Of a DNA stretch of 64,000 bases, positions 1 to 13,175 are shown one piece after another. A program made the translations under genes and the position numbers. The DNA comes from Eledone cirrhosa. Its lineage: Eukaryota. The DNA lies in NCBI GenBank assembly GCA_964016885.1, contig OZ024743.1, positions 29,636,001-29,700,000 on the forward strand, in the 5' to 3' direction. The notes below the pieces were generated by a model. That model was given only the letters and a program-made list of their open reading frames with translations. It was not told where the DNA came from and did not search any database. The stretch's first letter is position 1. Each line of letters begins with the position of its first letter.

Positions 1-198
1 TAGTGCATTATTGTAGTATTCAGCATGTTCACTAAAAATGTCAGAGTCAGACGATAGGCGAGAGATTCTAAGAGAAATACTTCGGGGAACTGATTTGATC
101 ATGGAGAGTGGGTGGTTAGAGTTAAAGTTAATATACGTAAGGTTCTCATTTACCTTGTGGAAGGGTCGTATCTGTCCGGTATTTAAATTAAATTGTGA
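1..198 (-). pseudogene. PLE reverse transcriptase thumb fragment, inverted relative to the adjacent endonuclease fragment
   Basis: Minus strand reads FNLNTGQIRPFHKVNENLTYINFNSNHPLSMIKSVPRSISLRISRLSSDSDIFSEHAEYYNNAL, homologous to the thumb region of the 36734 ORF. Confidence 0.8.
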
Positions 199-1074
199 CC
201 ACGCTCGCCAACAAGACCTGGCAACTCCGTGAACACAACCAACAGTTCACCTTAAAATGGGATATACTTTCCAGCGCAAATGCATATCGGAGTGGATTGA
301 AGTACTGCAGGTTATGTAACCTTGAGCTATTTTACATACTAACATCCAAAAACAAACTACTTAACGATAGAATTGAACGATCATTATACTGCAACCACAA
401 ACTAAAAGCTAAATTCTCTCACTATAAAATAACCTAACATTCGAACACCACTTTCTAGCTAACAACCTTCTCTTCCCCCACACTACAAGACAATACACTG
501 CTTATCACTATACATGGTAACTCAGTACAATTCCTAGATTACTACTACAAAACCAAAAGTTCACTCACCACACATACTTTATCTCGCCCCTCTCTACCTA
601 TATATCTCTCTCTACATCCATTACACTCTCTCTCTCTCACCTTTGACCTACCTCCCTCTCAACATCTATGAACCTGCCCTCTGGGGCAATACATAATTCC
701 GACCTCAACTATCTACGCATCTCTCCAAAAGTAACCAATAAAACCCCTACCATAACATTTTGATTAAGATATCTACAAGCCACTCTCTCATACTTCTCCA
801 ACCCCTGCATATCTTTCCTTCTCTCTCCCTCTTCCCTACTTTTCTCTCTTCCTGTTCCACTCTATCTTCCCCAACAACCCCACTTAAGGGTTTTTACATT
901 GTACAGTTACCATTCTGCTCTGAGGAAACAGTGGTCACAGCATTGGATATTCGAGTTCTGCAAATACTTGTGAATTTGCACGTAGCGGAACTAGGCTGCA
1001 GTACCACCGTGGAAACACTTGTAAGCACACGGAATAAATTACCTTTTTATGATGTCTACCTGTTATTATTCATT

Positions 1075-1139
<65 letters not shown>

Positions 1140-1187
1140 CCTTATCGAGCCCCCTTTGGAATTTAGTCTTCACATTTATTATTACTA
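195..1187 (+). mobile_element. 3' end of a Hydra-like PLE: GIY-YIG C-terminus (195-437) plus pLTR with HHR
   Basis: KTWQLREHNQQFTLKWDIL...YCRLCNLE matches the endonuclease C-terminus at 33005-33373; followed by an HHR and the terminal motif tccttatcga.ccc.tttgga.tttagtcttc that recurs near 26980 and 63000. Confidence 0.8.
916..1027 (+). ncRNA. Type I hammerhead ribozyme with long stem II
   Basis: tgct-CTGAGGA-a-acagtggt...accaccgt-g-GAAA-C-actt-G-TA-agca; stem I tgct/agca; inner hairpin tgcaaat/atttgca. Confidence 0.75.
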
Positions 1188-1975
1188 CTAGCAGAATGGC
1201 CCGGCGTTGCTCGGGATTTGCTATAGGGTTCTTATATATTTGATATATATTTTATCCTTATCGAACCTCGTGAAATAAATACGTTTTTTATATTTTGTTA
1301 TTGTGTATGCAAAAATATCTGTCCATAAATATATAATTATATATATATATATATATTAAAATAACAGACTAAAGTTTAAGCAAAGAATCACTGCTTTCAC
1401 ACTTAACGGGATATTCTACCTAAAAGCAGTATGAAGTACATACACTAAGACTAATTGATGTAATCTTTGGCTTTGTTTGTTTATATTTTGTTTTTGTGTA
1501 TGCAAAAATATCTGTACACGAATATCTATATTAAAATAACATATTAATGTTTAAGCAAAGAATCGCTGCTTTCAACCTTAACGGATCTTCTTAAACTAAA
1601 AAAATCAATCTGGAAATCAGGAAGACGATACTTTGGTTCGTGAAGACGTTCCCTGGCATAAGAATATATATACACCCACACACTGATCGCGTCATAATGA
1701 CGTAATGCAGACAGCAGGCATACAGACAGATATTATGAAGGCGTGACGTCATATCTATGTATCTATCTAAAAAGAGAAAGACTAAGAGAAAGAGAAAGAG
1801 ATCGCTAAATCGCCTAATGCAGTCCCTAAAGCATTGAAAATTTGAAGTTATTTTTGCTCAAAACACTTCCGGGATCATATTTATTACACGTGTAAAGTTT
1901 GAAAAAAAGCGGTTGGGTAGTTCTCGAGTTTTAGGGAAACAGACACACAGACATCCTCTGTTTTATATATATAGA
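1188..1975 (-). mobile_element. Non-autonomous Helitron
   Basis: Minus strand starts TCTATA and ends with a GC hairpin (plus strand cccggcgttgctcggg) then CTAG, inserted between A and T; internal duplication ~1290-1420/1485-1600. Confidence 0.75.
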
Positions 1976-1979
1976 TATA

Positions 1980-2150
1980 GGCTGGTGGATTGACAGTATC
2001 AGTAGAAAGTCGGACGCCATGCTTTGTAGCAAAGAGTTACGGCCCTTTATGGGCTGAGTTCAAATCCTGCCGAGGTTAACTTCGCCTTTCATCCTTACAT
2101 GGTCAATGAAATAAAGTACCAATAATGCACTGGGATAATTCCTGGCCTTT
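1980..2150 (+). mobile_element. tRNA-derived SINE
   Basis: B-box gagttcaaatcc followed by core gcctttcatcc...gtcaatgaaataaagtacc; several copies in the window. Confidence 0.75.
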
Positions 2151-2364
2151 TGCCAAAAGTAGAAACAATTATTACTATATATATATATATCATCAGCACA
2201 AACTTCCTCGACGCCAACGTAGACCTACTAAGAGGCACATAGAAACCATATTACAAACCGAACGAGAGACTGAAATACATCAACAGAGGATCACGTCATT
2301 TCAGTGCACAACATTAGCCGCAGGATCTCGAATTCATCATCCACCAGAAAGATATAAAAAATAA

Positions 2365-2552
2365 TTGTTTCTACTTTAGGCACAAGGCCAGCAATTACCC
2401 AGTGCATTACTGGTACTTTATTTTATCGACCCCGTAAGGATGAAAGGCAAAGTCAACCTCGGCGGGATTTCAACACAGATCGTAAAGGGACGTAACTATG
2501 CTGGAAAGCATGGCGTCCGACCCTCTACCGATACTGCCAATCCACCGCCGTT
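2365..2552 (-). mobile_element. tRNA-derived SINE, same family, inverted
   Basis: Plus strand ctggtactttattttatcgaccccgtaaggatgaaaggcaaagtcaacctcggcggg is the reverse complement of the SINE core. Confidence 0.75.
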
Positions 2553-2639
2553 TTTTTTATCCCAAAGATATAAAAAATAATAACACTGTGCCACAACAAG
2601 ACCGTCTGAGATAGTGGATTTAAAGAACAGATCAAATAC

Positions 2640-2960
2640 ATTTCTTGTAATCATCCACCTGGAAACAACAATAGAAGAAAAAAATAATCTTGTTTGCACC
2701 TCCTTTCTTACTAAATGTAAATATTAATATAGGTAAGAAATTATTAGACCTTGTAGATAAATACTATATAGTAAGATCTTCAATCGACGCTCAGTGACAA
2801 TTTCCTGTACTTGCGCCCCATCCTTGAAATCGAAAATAATTGCAAACAGCATACCACAGGAAGATCCAGGGTGCTCTTGTAGGAAGTAGGATGACTGTCC
2901 ATTACAGCAAAACTCTATTGTTTAATCCAGAGTTTACGAAGCAGTGATCAAACAGTTATT
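2640..2960 (+). pseudogene. Decayed Hydra-like PLE linker/endonuclease fragment
   Basis: PPFLLNVNINIGKKLLDLVDKY..KIFNRRSVTISCTC..CSCRK*DDCPLQ (CxCx5C linker). Confidence 0.65.
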
Positions 2961-3059
2961 CATGATGGACTTTTGTCGTCTGGTGTGTGGTGGGTGTCTT
3001 CTTATACTTCTTCTGCTCGGAAGCTAACAACTCATTCTATAGCAGGTGATAATATACTT

Positions 3060-3700
3060 TTGAAGTAAAGATGTTAGTCAACAGCTTCCAAAAACAATAA
3101 CAAGCAAGGAACCGTCCTGTAATTTCGAACTAACAGACCTTTCCTTTTATCCTCCATTATTTAACTTGTCGTTACTTCAACCATCCAACTTGGAACTTCG
3201 ACTTGCACTACAGAATATTTTAGCTGCTTCTATAGCCTTGAATAAACACTTTTAAGTCATTTCAACCGGAATCATTGGATCCCATTCGGTTCAGGAGGTT
3301 CCAGTACGGTATTTTTCTGATTTGTTCTTGAACGTCTTCCATTGAAATTCTTTTCCATCTTTGATTTGGTCAATTAGATACCTCATTCTCGTCTTCATGT
3401 ATCCATTTTGCTCTTTATTATGCTCTTATGCAATTTCGCATAGAGTTGACCAACATTGTGCAGATTCTTCAGCATTACGTGCATCCTCTGCGCCATTACA
3501 CATAACAGTATTCCGAAGAACATTCTCTGATTTGCAGAGAACAATGTGTTGAGTTCCTATTGATTTTGTCTATTTGCATAGCACCTAACCTGATTAGATT
3601 TAATTCGCCTTAATTCGCTGTTTCACTTCTTCCACCATAACATTAAAATCATTCAACTTTATTTTATACATTACGTACATACGTCGCCTTTCAACTACTT
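3060..3700 (-). pseudogene. Decayed R4/Dong-type non-LTR RT N-terminal region
   Basis: Frameshifted minus-strand peptides (LFSANQRMFF, HNKRAKW, NYRTVPCL, WKLLT) resemble the element at 58.5-61.3 kb. Confidence 0.55.
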
Positions 3701-4149
3701 TAGCCCTTTACATTTTTCTCCCTGCCGTGCATCCATTTTACAAAGAACAAAAAAAAAGACACACATCCAGAAGAACACCAACACTACAGCCGCTAACACG
3801 GACAGCACAACGAAATAAAGGACCATATTCACGGTCACAACAGCAGATACACCACAGTTCGTACTAGTAAGCGGGACCAACCAAGAATGATGGCTGTCAT
3901 AGGAAGAAACAAAAGATTGGAAGAGAAGAGAGATGTCACAAGTACCCTCAAAATGCCAAATACTCTCATGATGGTACGAAAGGCACTACTATCATATACA
4001 ATCATGAGGGAGATGCACCCACATGTGGCTATTACATTAGGTAGGCTTTTAAAGGGATTCCTAAAGTAACCCCACCACATATCTGAACACGCCATCACTG
4101 ATGTCCCATATGCACTGAATAGTGAACAGGTATGGTCAGCGTTTGTGAG

Positions 4150-4760
4150 ACTGAGCACCTAACATCTGTAATGTTTGCAGACGTTCACTTCCAACTGCGA
4201 ACTATCAATTGGGCAATGCCATTTGTGGAAACCTACAGTACTATAGAGGAATAGTGGTGGGCAAGAGGGATACGTTTTCGGAGAAAATCTAGGCGTCGAC
4301 TAACCAGTCTGTTCCGGAGAATTTTCAACCCACGGATGATGGAAAATTTCCGGAAATCCCAGTTCTGCTGAGGCCACTACCGAATCCAGACATCACTATC
4401 CTCCCGGACTATACAAGCCAGTAGGATCCATTACAAATCCAATCCAGTTGGAATACCGACGATCCTAACCTTTACCGTCATTTATCCTCCCTGATCCGAT
4501 AAGTGTAACACAAATTGGTCTGTTTGAACGGGGACAACAGTGGGATTGATGACCAAAGCTTCACCTTTGAGGAACAATGAAATGCCCGCGTATTGCTTTG
4601 CTCTAGATCTATTCTCAGCTTCGGATAAAATGTCCTTCTGTGCTCTTTCAAACTCAGTTTGTGATGCCACCTCTGGTTGTTTCGATTTTTAGAAAATGTT
4701 TTGCATATTAATGTCTCTTTTAATGTATTGGGCGGAACATCGATTTTCATCCTTGTATTT
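4150..4760 (-). pseudogene. Possible decayed non-LTR ORF1 remnant
   Basis: Coding-like peptides (AGISLFLKGEALVINP, VKVRIVGIP) with many stops; family not determined. Confidence 0.25.
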
Positions 4761-6029
4761 TGCTGCTTTATTAGTTTGGTCACTTGTACCAAATGAGTAC
4801 CTTTTCTCTGTAGATCTAGGGCTGTGATTGTGTGGTTGATGTTGTTGCAGTTAATGTTGTCATCATTCTTTTTTTCTATTTTTTTTTTTTTTCTTGTATG
4901 TTTTGTTGGTGTTTGGGTTGTGTTGCCCGTATTGGTGGTGGTGGTGGTGATGATGCTACTATTGATGTTTATGGCTGTCCTATTCGCACTGTTGTGGTGG
5001 TGGATTGGCACCATTCTCAGTGGTAGACCTTGGATGTGGCAGGACATCTAGTTCGTACATACCTCCTGTTGCACGTGATTTCTGGTTTTGGTTGTTGTCA
5101 TCGTCACTGCTGTTCTTGCCGTCACTGTAAACACTAGAGTTATTGTTGTTGCTGCTGATGTTGGCTATGTCTGTAGTGGTGGTGGTGACAGTGGGGACCT
5201 TCGTGGACAGCCAGCTGTTCTGCCTTACGGAAGTAAAATCGTTGTAAGCCATCTTACAAGTCCCTTCCTATCCAAACATGCACGTTTATATGACTAAATT
5301 AGTATCATCGTATTTCCACATGAATGACATTTTGTCATTTGAAAGTGAATAAAAGGAACGTGTTCAACTGAATTACAAAACTGGTGAAACTAGCTTGAAT
5401 ATTGAAAAAATGAAAGTCAATGTATTTAGAAAATTACATGTATTGATGATAAAAATAAATAGTCTTATATTTCTACTAAAAGGCTTTATATTTTTACGTC
5501 TACCCCTCCAACGTTTGCATATATTCACTATCCATATCAATATGAATATCACTATTGTTTAAGTATATTAATTTCTTTAGTAAAATATCAATAAATTTGA
5601 AAACCAACATAACGTTTCTTATCAATAGTATCTCCTATTGAATAACATGTCTAATTTAATATTCTATTAATACCATTAAAACATTCCTTATCTTTTAAGT
5701 CTGATATTATACGTTACCATGCAGATAAAAGTACATATGCCTTTATTTTTATTTCATGTTTATTTTACTTGGTGAAATACAAAAATGTAGAAATTCCATA
5801 AAAACTGAAAAATGTAACAAAACGTTGGCTAGAAAACACTCATAATGATTAATTATCAAGATATATTGTATTACTCTTTGTTTGTTTGTTTGTTTCTTTC
5901 TTTCTTTCCTTCTATCTTGCTTGCTTTCTATCCTTTCCCTTTCTATTCTTTCATTACTATGTGTTTACTCAACTGCACATTCATTATAAGGAACTCTACC
6001 AGCTTTGTAATGGTTTCCAGCTCAGGCAT

Positions 6030-6250
6030 ATGACCAGGAATTTGAGGGAAGGAATAGTTCAATTAAATCGGTTAATCCCCAGCATCAATCGACTGATACT
6101 TTATTGTAACCCCCCCCCCCTCCCTCCCGCAAGGATGAAATGCAAAATTGACATCGGCGGTATTTGAACAATAGGCGTAGGAAATCGTAACTAAATACCA
6201 CAAGTCATTTTCTCCGATGCTCTAGCGATTCCGCTCTTCGATCGCCTTTT
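6030..6250 (-). mobile_element. tRNA-derived SINE, diverged
   Basis: aaggatgaaatgcaaaattgacatcggcggtatttgaac matches the reverse complement of the SINE core and B-box. Confidence 0.65.
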
Positions 6251-6409
6251 ATCAACTTCACAATGACAATCCCTCGCAACTTATTGGTTTTTGTCATTTC
6301 GACACAGAATTGCATGTCTAGAAATTATGAAAATACTTCACTAAATTCTATAACTCCTTATTTTTTGTAAAGGAACATGTGTAAATGTGTTGTGTTTTAA
6401 GCATTTGAC

Positions 6410-6451
<42 letters not shown>

Positions 6452-6452
6452 T

Positions 6453-6489
<37 letters not shown>

Positions 6490-6514
6490 CTATATATATA
6501 TATATATATATATG

Positions 6515-6760
6515 TATAAGAAAATTAGGGTTTTAAAAATAAAATAACCAGATGTCCTACATGGGTGAAAGTATTAAGAAAAGAAATCGAAAATACAACT
6601 GGAGACATTTTAAAGAATATTGATTTATTTCATTTACCGGTTTCACAGTTCTTATGCTTTTGAAAAGTAAAATTGAGATGGCGGGTTTGTGGTTTTTCTC
6701 GCATGTGATTCGTGTTCGAAAGTTATTTCCGTTCTTATGTGGAAAGAGTGACTCAAATTG
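6515..6760 (-). mobile_element. Decayed solo pLTR of the Neptune family at 42-48 kb
   Basis: Aligns by eye to 42300-42510, including a degenerate HHR (ttaccggtttcacagttcttatgcttttgaaaag) and the acceptor region. Confidence 0.75.
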
Positions 6761-7413
6761 CTTTATGCCAGTATGTATATGCGTTTTTAGTAAATCTTGA
6801 CATAGCACTAGTTCAACAAACATAATGATGTGTAAATTTATAGAAAGCCACATTCTTACAAACCTCTTTCAATAAATAAAGGTTTGTTCAACTATCTAAC
6901 TCAGAGAATCCCTACAAAATCAACCTTCATTACAATATTAAACAAAAACGCCACTGTTCTGCGTTGAAGAATTAAAATAGTGGTTTCAAAGAAAATGTTA
7001 ATAGATATGTAGGACCACACATATGAACCAAAATCAAAGAAAACTATAAAATGTAACATCACCTCGTTCACTCTCCAACCGAAATGTAACAATATATTTG
7101 TTACAACTAACAAATAAACACTTCCTGTCTGCCTTCGATATATATACGTTATTTCACAGGAAAAGGGGCATATTTCTTTACAGTTGCACAATAAATCACA
7201 AACATATTGCCCAAGCTAAAAATATACCCGTTATTGCAAGTGAGGCACACTTACATATAACAAATAGATAAAGGACACAGTAAGCAGGATAGCCGCGTAT
7301 AAGGACAACTACGAAACAAACTGAAAGGATAGTTAGCGACTTCAGATACAAAATGCCGCTGGACATATACAGCAGTAGAAATTGAACCAAGAGATAACGA
7401 GACAAGATTGCAA

Positions 7414-7562
<149 letters not shown>

Positions 7563-7929
7563 TTCTCTATCTTCTCCTCTGTATAATATATATATATATA
7601 TATATTATAAAATAACAGGAGGCCTTAAAAGGTTTATTATACTATGACCATTTCAGTGACCGGGTTCAGTATGAGTCCGGTGACATCATCATGTATTCGA
7701 TATATAACAAAGGAATATAATAGACAAAATCCATGGGGCTGAAAATCATATATGGTAATAAGAATATTTTGTATTTATATATGTTTGATATAACTATAAA
7801 TATGTAGGGTAGTAGTAAGTACTAGCCGGTTACCGATATGACAAACGACTCAATGCAAATTTTCAAGTGTTTTACAGAGCCGAGATACAAAATGTTAAAA
7901 CGATAAAATTTTAGTTTAGAACATTTATT

Positions 7930-7976
7930 TGCTGACAATTGTTTCTTCCAGAGGGAAGTCTGGATTCATCGGGGCA
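7930..7976 (-). ncRNA. Minimal type I hammerhead, CCGANGA core variant
   Basis: Minus: tgcc-CCGATGA-a-tccaga-cttccc-tctgga-a-GAAA-CAATTG-TC-agca; palindromic stem III; one stem I mismatch. Confidence 0.65.
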
Positions 7977-8089
7977 TAAGGAATGTCGAAACATGTTACT
8001 AAAATCATAGTTATTTAGAACATTTATGGTACATAATTGTTATTAGTGTCAAAGGCAATGTAAAAACTATGTAGTTATCATAAACGAAA

Positions 8090-8680
8090 TAAAAAATGCT
8101 TTTAACCCCCTCCACACAAGTTTAAAAGATAACAATTATATAACCAATTATATTTTATATTTTATATACTCTATAAAGATTAATTTATAACACTATATTA
8201 AAACAACCCTTAATTTATCAACAGCCTTAATTACCTCCCTTTGTTATTAACCCCCTTTACAACTTCCTGTGTAAACTTATAAAATTAAGCAACATAAAGG
8301 TTTCCAACAACTTAATAACGGTTAATACAAACCCTATAAAAGATAATTTGTAGATAAAAAATGCGTTAAATAATATACCTAAAATAGCAACATGGCCAGT
8401 AATTCGGCGGAATTTATATTTAACAAACACCTATTGACTATAAACGACTCAAAATAATCCCATGGTTAATAACTGTGAGTAACTAACAACACATACACAT
8501 ACATACGAACTACAACACAAAAACACTTAAATGAAAAGCACATACCCAACTCTATCACGTGATTTGCATTACACCTTACATAACAAATACCTACATTAAC
8601 ACCACATGCCTCTCTACCAAATTGCACACTATCTTAAACATTTATAACAATTATAACATGCTTTAACACCCACACAAAAT
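8090..8680 (+). pseudogene. Highly decayed PLE C-terminal remnant
   Basis: Traces of the NPP(Y) linker and endonuclease C-terminal pattern; many stops. Confidence 0.3.
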
Positions 8681-9002
8681 ATGTTTATTTCAACTGCATT
8701 ATAACTCTTCCCTCATACATGCCTTATTGACTGTATTGACTCCTGCATTGTCCACCAACTTTCCTTGCTTATAACTTTTTTGCCTGTGTTTTTTTTTGCT
8801 TGTGATTTTTTTTCTTGTGCTCTTTACTTATGCCTATTACACTTCCAACCAGCGCTGCCTGTAATTATGTTCTTTCAAGCAGAACATCTTTTTAACTCCT
8901 GACTCTCCACATGATGCCTATGACACTAATAACAATTATGTACCCTAAATGTTCTAAACTAAAATTTGATCGTTTTAACACTCTGTATATATATATATAT
9001 AC

Positions 9003-9152
<150 letters not shown>

Positions 9153-9903
9153 GTAAATATGATAATAAGGGCGCTGCGGAGTTGCAAATGGGTTACATAT
9201 GAAAAAAGTTTGTCCTTCATCAGTGATCTTCCAACTATCATAGGTATTTCATCGCTTTAAAGACCATATACCTCCGGTTGGTGCGAGCAACGGCTAAAAA
9301 AAGTCGTTGGGACACGTAAATAAAGGGGACGCGAGGGTAAACAAACAAAATGGTGAGGCAACAGAAAGTGAGGAAGGAGGAACAAGTCCCAGATTTCTAT
9401 GAATTTAAGTTCGGTGAAATCGTGAACGAGAGAATAAAGACCATCAAACCTGGTTGAAATGTGAGCAAGGAAGGAATTTCGCACAGGTCTAACGGGAGGA
9501 AGAAGGGGTCTGGTCTGCGAATTCGGTAAACATAAGTTCTGTGAAATCGTAGACGCGAGAGAAAAAATTCCGACCAGCTTGGCCGAGAATGTGAGAGGAA
9601 AGAGTTACTCACAGGTCAAACGGGAAGAAAGAGTAGGAGGAGGAGAGGTAGTGACAGAGAAGGAGTGAGTGAAGGGTGAGGTGAGGAAGAGGCAAACAGA
9701 GAGAGAGAGACTGCTAGAAAGGGTAAAGATAGATAGAACGAAAAAGACGGTGTAGCAGCAGAGGAAAAAATATGTGTAAATATGATAATAAGGGCGCTGC
9801 GGAGTTGCAAATGGGTTACATATGAAAAAAGTTTGTCCTTCATCAGTGATCTTCCAACTATCATAGGTATTTCATCGCTTTAAGACCATATACCTCCGGT
9901 TGG
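9153..9903. repeat. ~750-bp element bounded by ~130-bp direct repeats
   Basis: 9153-9282 nearly identical to 9774-9903; internal diverged ~130-bp tandem duplication (~9400-9630); (TA)n on both sides. Confidence 0.8.
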
Positions 9904-9924
9904 TATATATATATATATGTGTGT

Positions 9925-10034
<110 letters not shown>

Positions 10035-10061
10035 CTGTATATATATATATATATATATATT

Positions 10062-10130
<69 letters not shown>

Positions 10131-10344
10131 AGAGAAGGGGAGAGGGAAAGAAAAACAAGATATAGTTTAACAGCATAAAGTTATATAATAGACAACCAGG
10201 AAGTCAACGACTGACGAATTTGCCAATGCAAAATGATATATTTTAAAACAATTTCTGAACATAATCTGTATAAATAACACAGAAGCTTTCAATGAGATAA
10301 CAGAACAACTGATATAGATAAATACATAAATAAATAAATAAATA

Positions 10345-10545
10345 TATTAGCTGATTGGGTAAAGAACAGGATTCACAGTCCTGAGGTTGTCAGTTCGATT
10401 CCTACACCGGGCGATAGGTTATGTTATTGAACAAGACTTATATTGGCTGATAGATAAATAAATACATTGGCTGATTGGTTAGAGAACTGAATTCACAGAC
10501 GTGAGGTTGTCAGTTCGATTCCTGGACCGGGTGATGTGTTATATC
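10345..10545 (+). mobile_element. Two tandem tRNA-like SINE heads
   Basis: Two copies of an A-box-like ggctgattggttaga and B-box agttcgattcct; no complete acceptor stem. Confidence 0.55.
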
Positions 10546-11420
10546 CTACCGATAGGGAGAATTAGCGATTGGAAAGACGAACGGAAACATTGTTTCTTCG
10601 GTCCGATTTGACGAAAGTCGATCGACAAATTTATATATATACTAGACCACCCGTGACCCGTTGGGTCATGTTCACTTAAAAATAATTTTTAAATAATTAA
10701 AATATACACAAAATATATATAATGTAAAATGACATTGGAAAGCCAATATATATATATATATACGTGTATGTGTGTATGTGTGTATATTCACGTGTATATA
10801 TATATGTGTGTTTGTGTGTGCGGGTGTTTGTGGCCTATATACACTGGTTACACACACACATACATCCTGTCCTAACACAAGTTATAATATACATATAACT
10901 TAATATTCAGTCACCAAATTCAAGCTAGATACAGTAATGCTGTATTCAATTCTTTGAAGTCACCTGTCATCATTTCATTCAACAACACCACAACTCTCTC
11001 CCTCCCTCTCTCTCTCACAACCACTATCTGCGTTTGTATTCACATTTCAATGGTACTTTGCTTTCATAAGAATTTTCCCATTATGCGCTGATTTGGTTAT
11101 TTATAAAGGTACACAAAAAACCCGCGTATCTCGGGATCCCGTGGTCCGATATACGCGAAACTTGTCTTTTCACTGTATTATTCACAAGTATTTTCACAAA
11201 GAAAATATCAAATCATTTTTCACTAATAGCTATCCAATCACTCCACTTCAAAATTATTTTTTCTATATCGCTATGGATGCTTGCCTGTTTGTTCTGAAAG
11301 ATTTTTCTGCTTAAAAAGTTGCAATGTTAATCAAAAGCTGGTTTTATTAAAAAAAATTTGAAAGAAATTATTCTTACTTGTCTTAGTTTTTCCTTTTCCT
11401 TTCATTTTCTGATGTCAGAA

Positions 11421-12250
11421 TCAACATTTTCTCATATTTACGCTGTTACAGTTTGATAAAAAAAATGCTTTTGATGACACCATTTTAGTTGACTGGGTGT
11501 CCTTCAGAAACACTCTAACATTTTCTTTTCGTTTTCCGCGGCTAAGGGCTACATACAGTTGACCGTGTTGGAATACAGGTCGTTCCAGATAAACCAACAC
11601 GTTTTCCATAGTTTGTCCTTGTGCTTTATGACTAGTCATACGATTGAACTGGGAATTGGCTTCGCTGCAAAGGGATATCCTCACCTTCGGATAGATTAAT
11701 TCTTATTCTTGGTATCATAACGATCTCATTTCTGAAAGCAGCAGTGTTGATTCTTGCTACTATGAGATTGTCGTGCAGTTCTTCCACGATCATGCGCGTT
11801 CCATTACAAAGCCTTGGAGGATTCAAGTTTCTCATAAGAATTATTGGCGATCCTTTTTTCAATTCCAGGTTATGTGGTGGCAGTCCTGATAGTTCAACCG
11901 AATCAAGGAATTCAGTCGGGAAATGTGTGGCATTGGCACTATCACTCACATATAGGATCGGTACTTTCTTATGGGTCCATGGAAGCGTCAAATACAGGTG
12001 GAATCGATGCTTCTCATCATTTCATTGAGAGGTACTAAGATGCAATTGTTCGAAAACACTTCAGCTGGATTGTCGAATGAGGCGTAGATGAAATCAATAC
12101 ATTCTTCCATATTTGTTGCTTGGAGAACCATTTCTTTTGGCAAAATAATTTCCTCATTTTCAGGGTTTTTTTTATCTTATCTTCTCCAATATCCAATAGG
12201 AACTGTGAATAGTCTCCTGCTCCCCCACCCAATCGCACGTTTGTCTTCAA
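11421..12250 (-). pseudogene. Helitron PIF1-family helicase C-terminal half, frameshifted
   Basis: FPTEFLDSVELSGLPPHNLELKKGSPIILMRNLNPPRLCNGTR...IPRI...QFPV; MTSHKAQGQT...FQHGQLYVALSR. Confidence 0.92.
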
Positions 12251-13175
12251 CTAAAATCTTTTAAAGCTTCGCCATAAGTAGGATTTTTGTCTGAGTATTA
12301 TTTCCAATAATTCAACTATGTTGCGCTGAATGCCATCGTTATGGAGTATCCTGATCCTCAAATCAACACTATCCTGAGGATCTAAGAAGTACATTTGAAG
12401 AAATTGGGGTTGTTCGTTGGGATTACGGGTTAAGGAACCGATGTAATGGTGAATTTGTCCATGAATAACGATAGAAGGATTCCATCCACTCCTTGAGGAA
12501 CGAACTTCTTCAGCCCCAAAAGATGTCATTTGGAACAGGTACTTGTATTGTCTGAGGTTCTGCCTGAACTCGTTTGCCCTAGGTTGATCAGTACTAAATA
12601 AACTGTGAAGTTCCTGGGGTAAAGGATGCAGATTCCCCACCCTGACTTTTCCATTCATACAGCAAACGTTAGCAGTTTCACCATCAAAAAGCATTGCATG
12701 ACAACTGACACAGATCTTATTCATCTGTCCAACATCAGCAGAGAGGTCACGTCGTTGAACTGTCCTTGCTCTATCCCTAATTGTTTGTTGACAAAGACGT
12801 TCAGTTCTCCGACCATCCGATTCATGATCTCTCCTTCTTCTGTCTCGTTCCCTCTGTTACGCCTGACGCTCAGCCCTCCGACCATCCGATTCATGATGTC
12901 TCCTGCTTCTGTCTCTTTCCCTCTGTTCCGTCAGACGCTCAGCTCTCCGACCATCCGATTCACGAGCTCTCCTGCTTCTGTCTCTTTCTCTCTGTTCCGC
13001 CAGACGCGCAGCCCTTGCTTTATCAGTCTCATCGACCCTTCTATTCGCATGCCTGTCCCGATCTTGTTGGGGCTGACCACTATCTTGCTCACCTTCTTCG
13101 GCTCTCCTTAGCCGTGCTTTCTTTGCACTATCGATAGACCAACCAGATGTTTTCTTTCTTCCTCATCGAGGCATT
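12251..13175 (-). pseudogene. Helitron RepHel N-terminus (23-aa repeats, Zn finger, pre-Rep region)
   Basis: CVSCHAMLFDGETANVCCMNGKV...FRQNLRQY..LFQMTSFGA...IHGQIHHYIGSL..PQFLQMYF; upstream charged repeats. Confidence 0.88.
12790..13060 (-). repeat. 69-nt (23-aa) STPR-like coding tandem repeats
   Basis: Period 69 nt (12904 vs 12973); unit about ESDGRRAERLTEQRERDRSRRHH; about 4 copies. Confidence 0.7.

Noticed and set aside
4824-5297. Hydrophobic membrane-protein-like ORFs
   Set aside because: Products of (GTT)n/(GGT)n low-complexity sequence
10345-10545. tRNA genes
   Set aside because: A/B boxes are present but there is no complete cloverleaf or acceptor stem; SINE heads
12790-13060. Regular repeats as a CRISPR-like array
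   Set aside because: Contiguous coding repeats with no unique spacers, in eukaryotic context
12626-13137. Plus-strand repeat ORFs (161 aa and 118 aa)
   Set aside because: Antisense shadows of the Helitron 69-nt coding repeats
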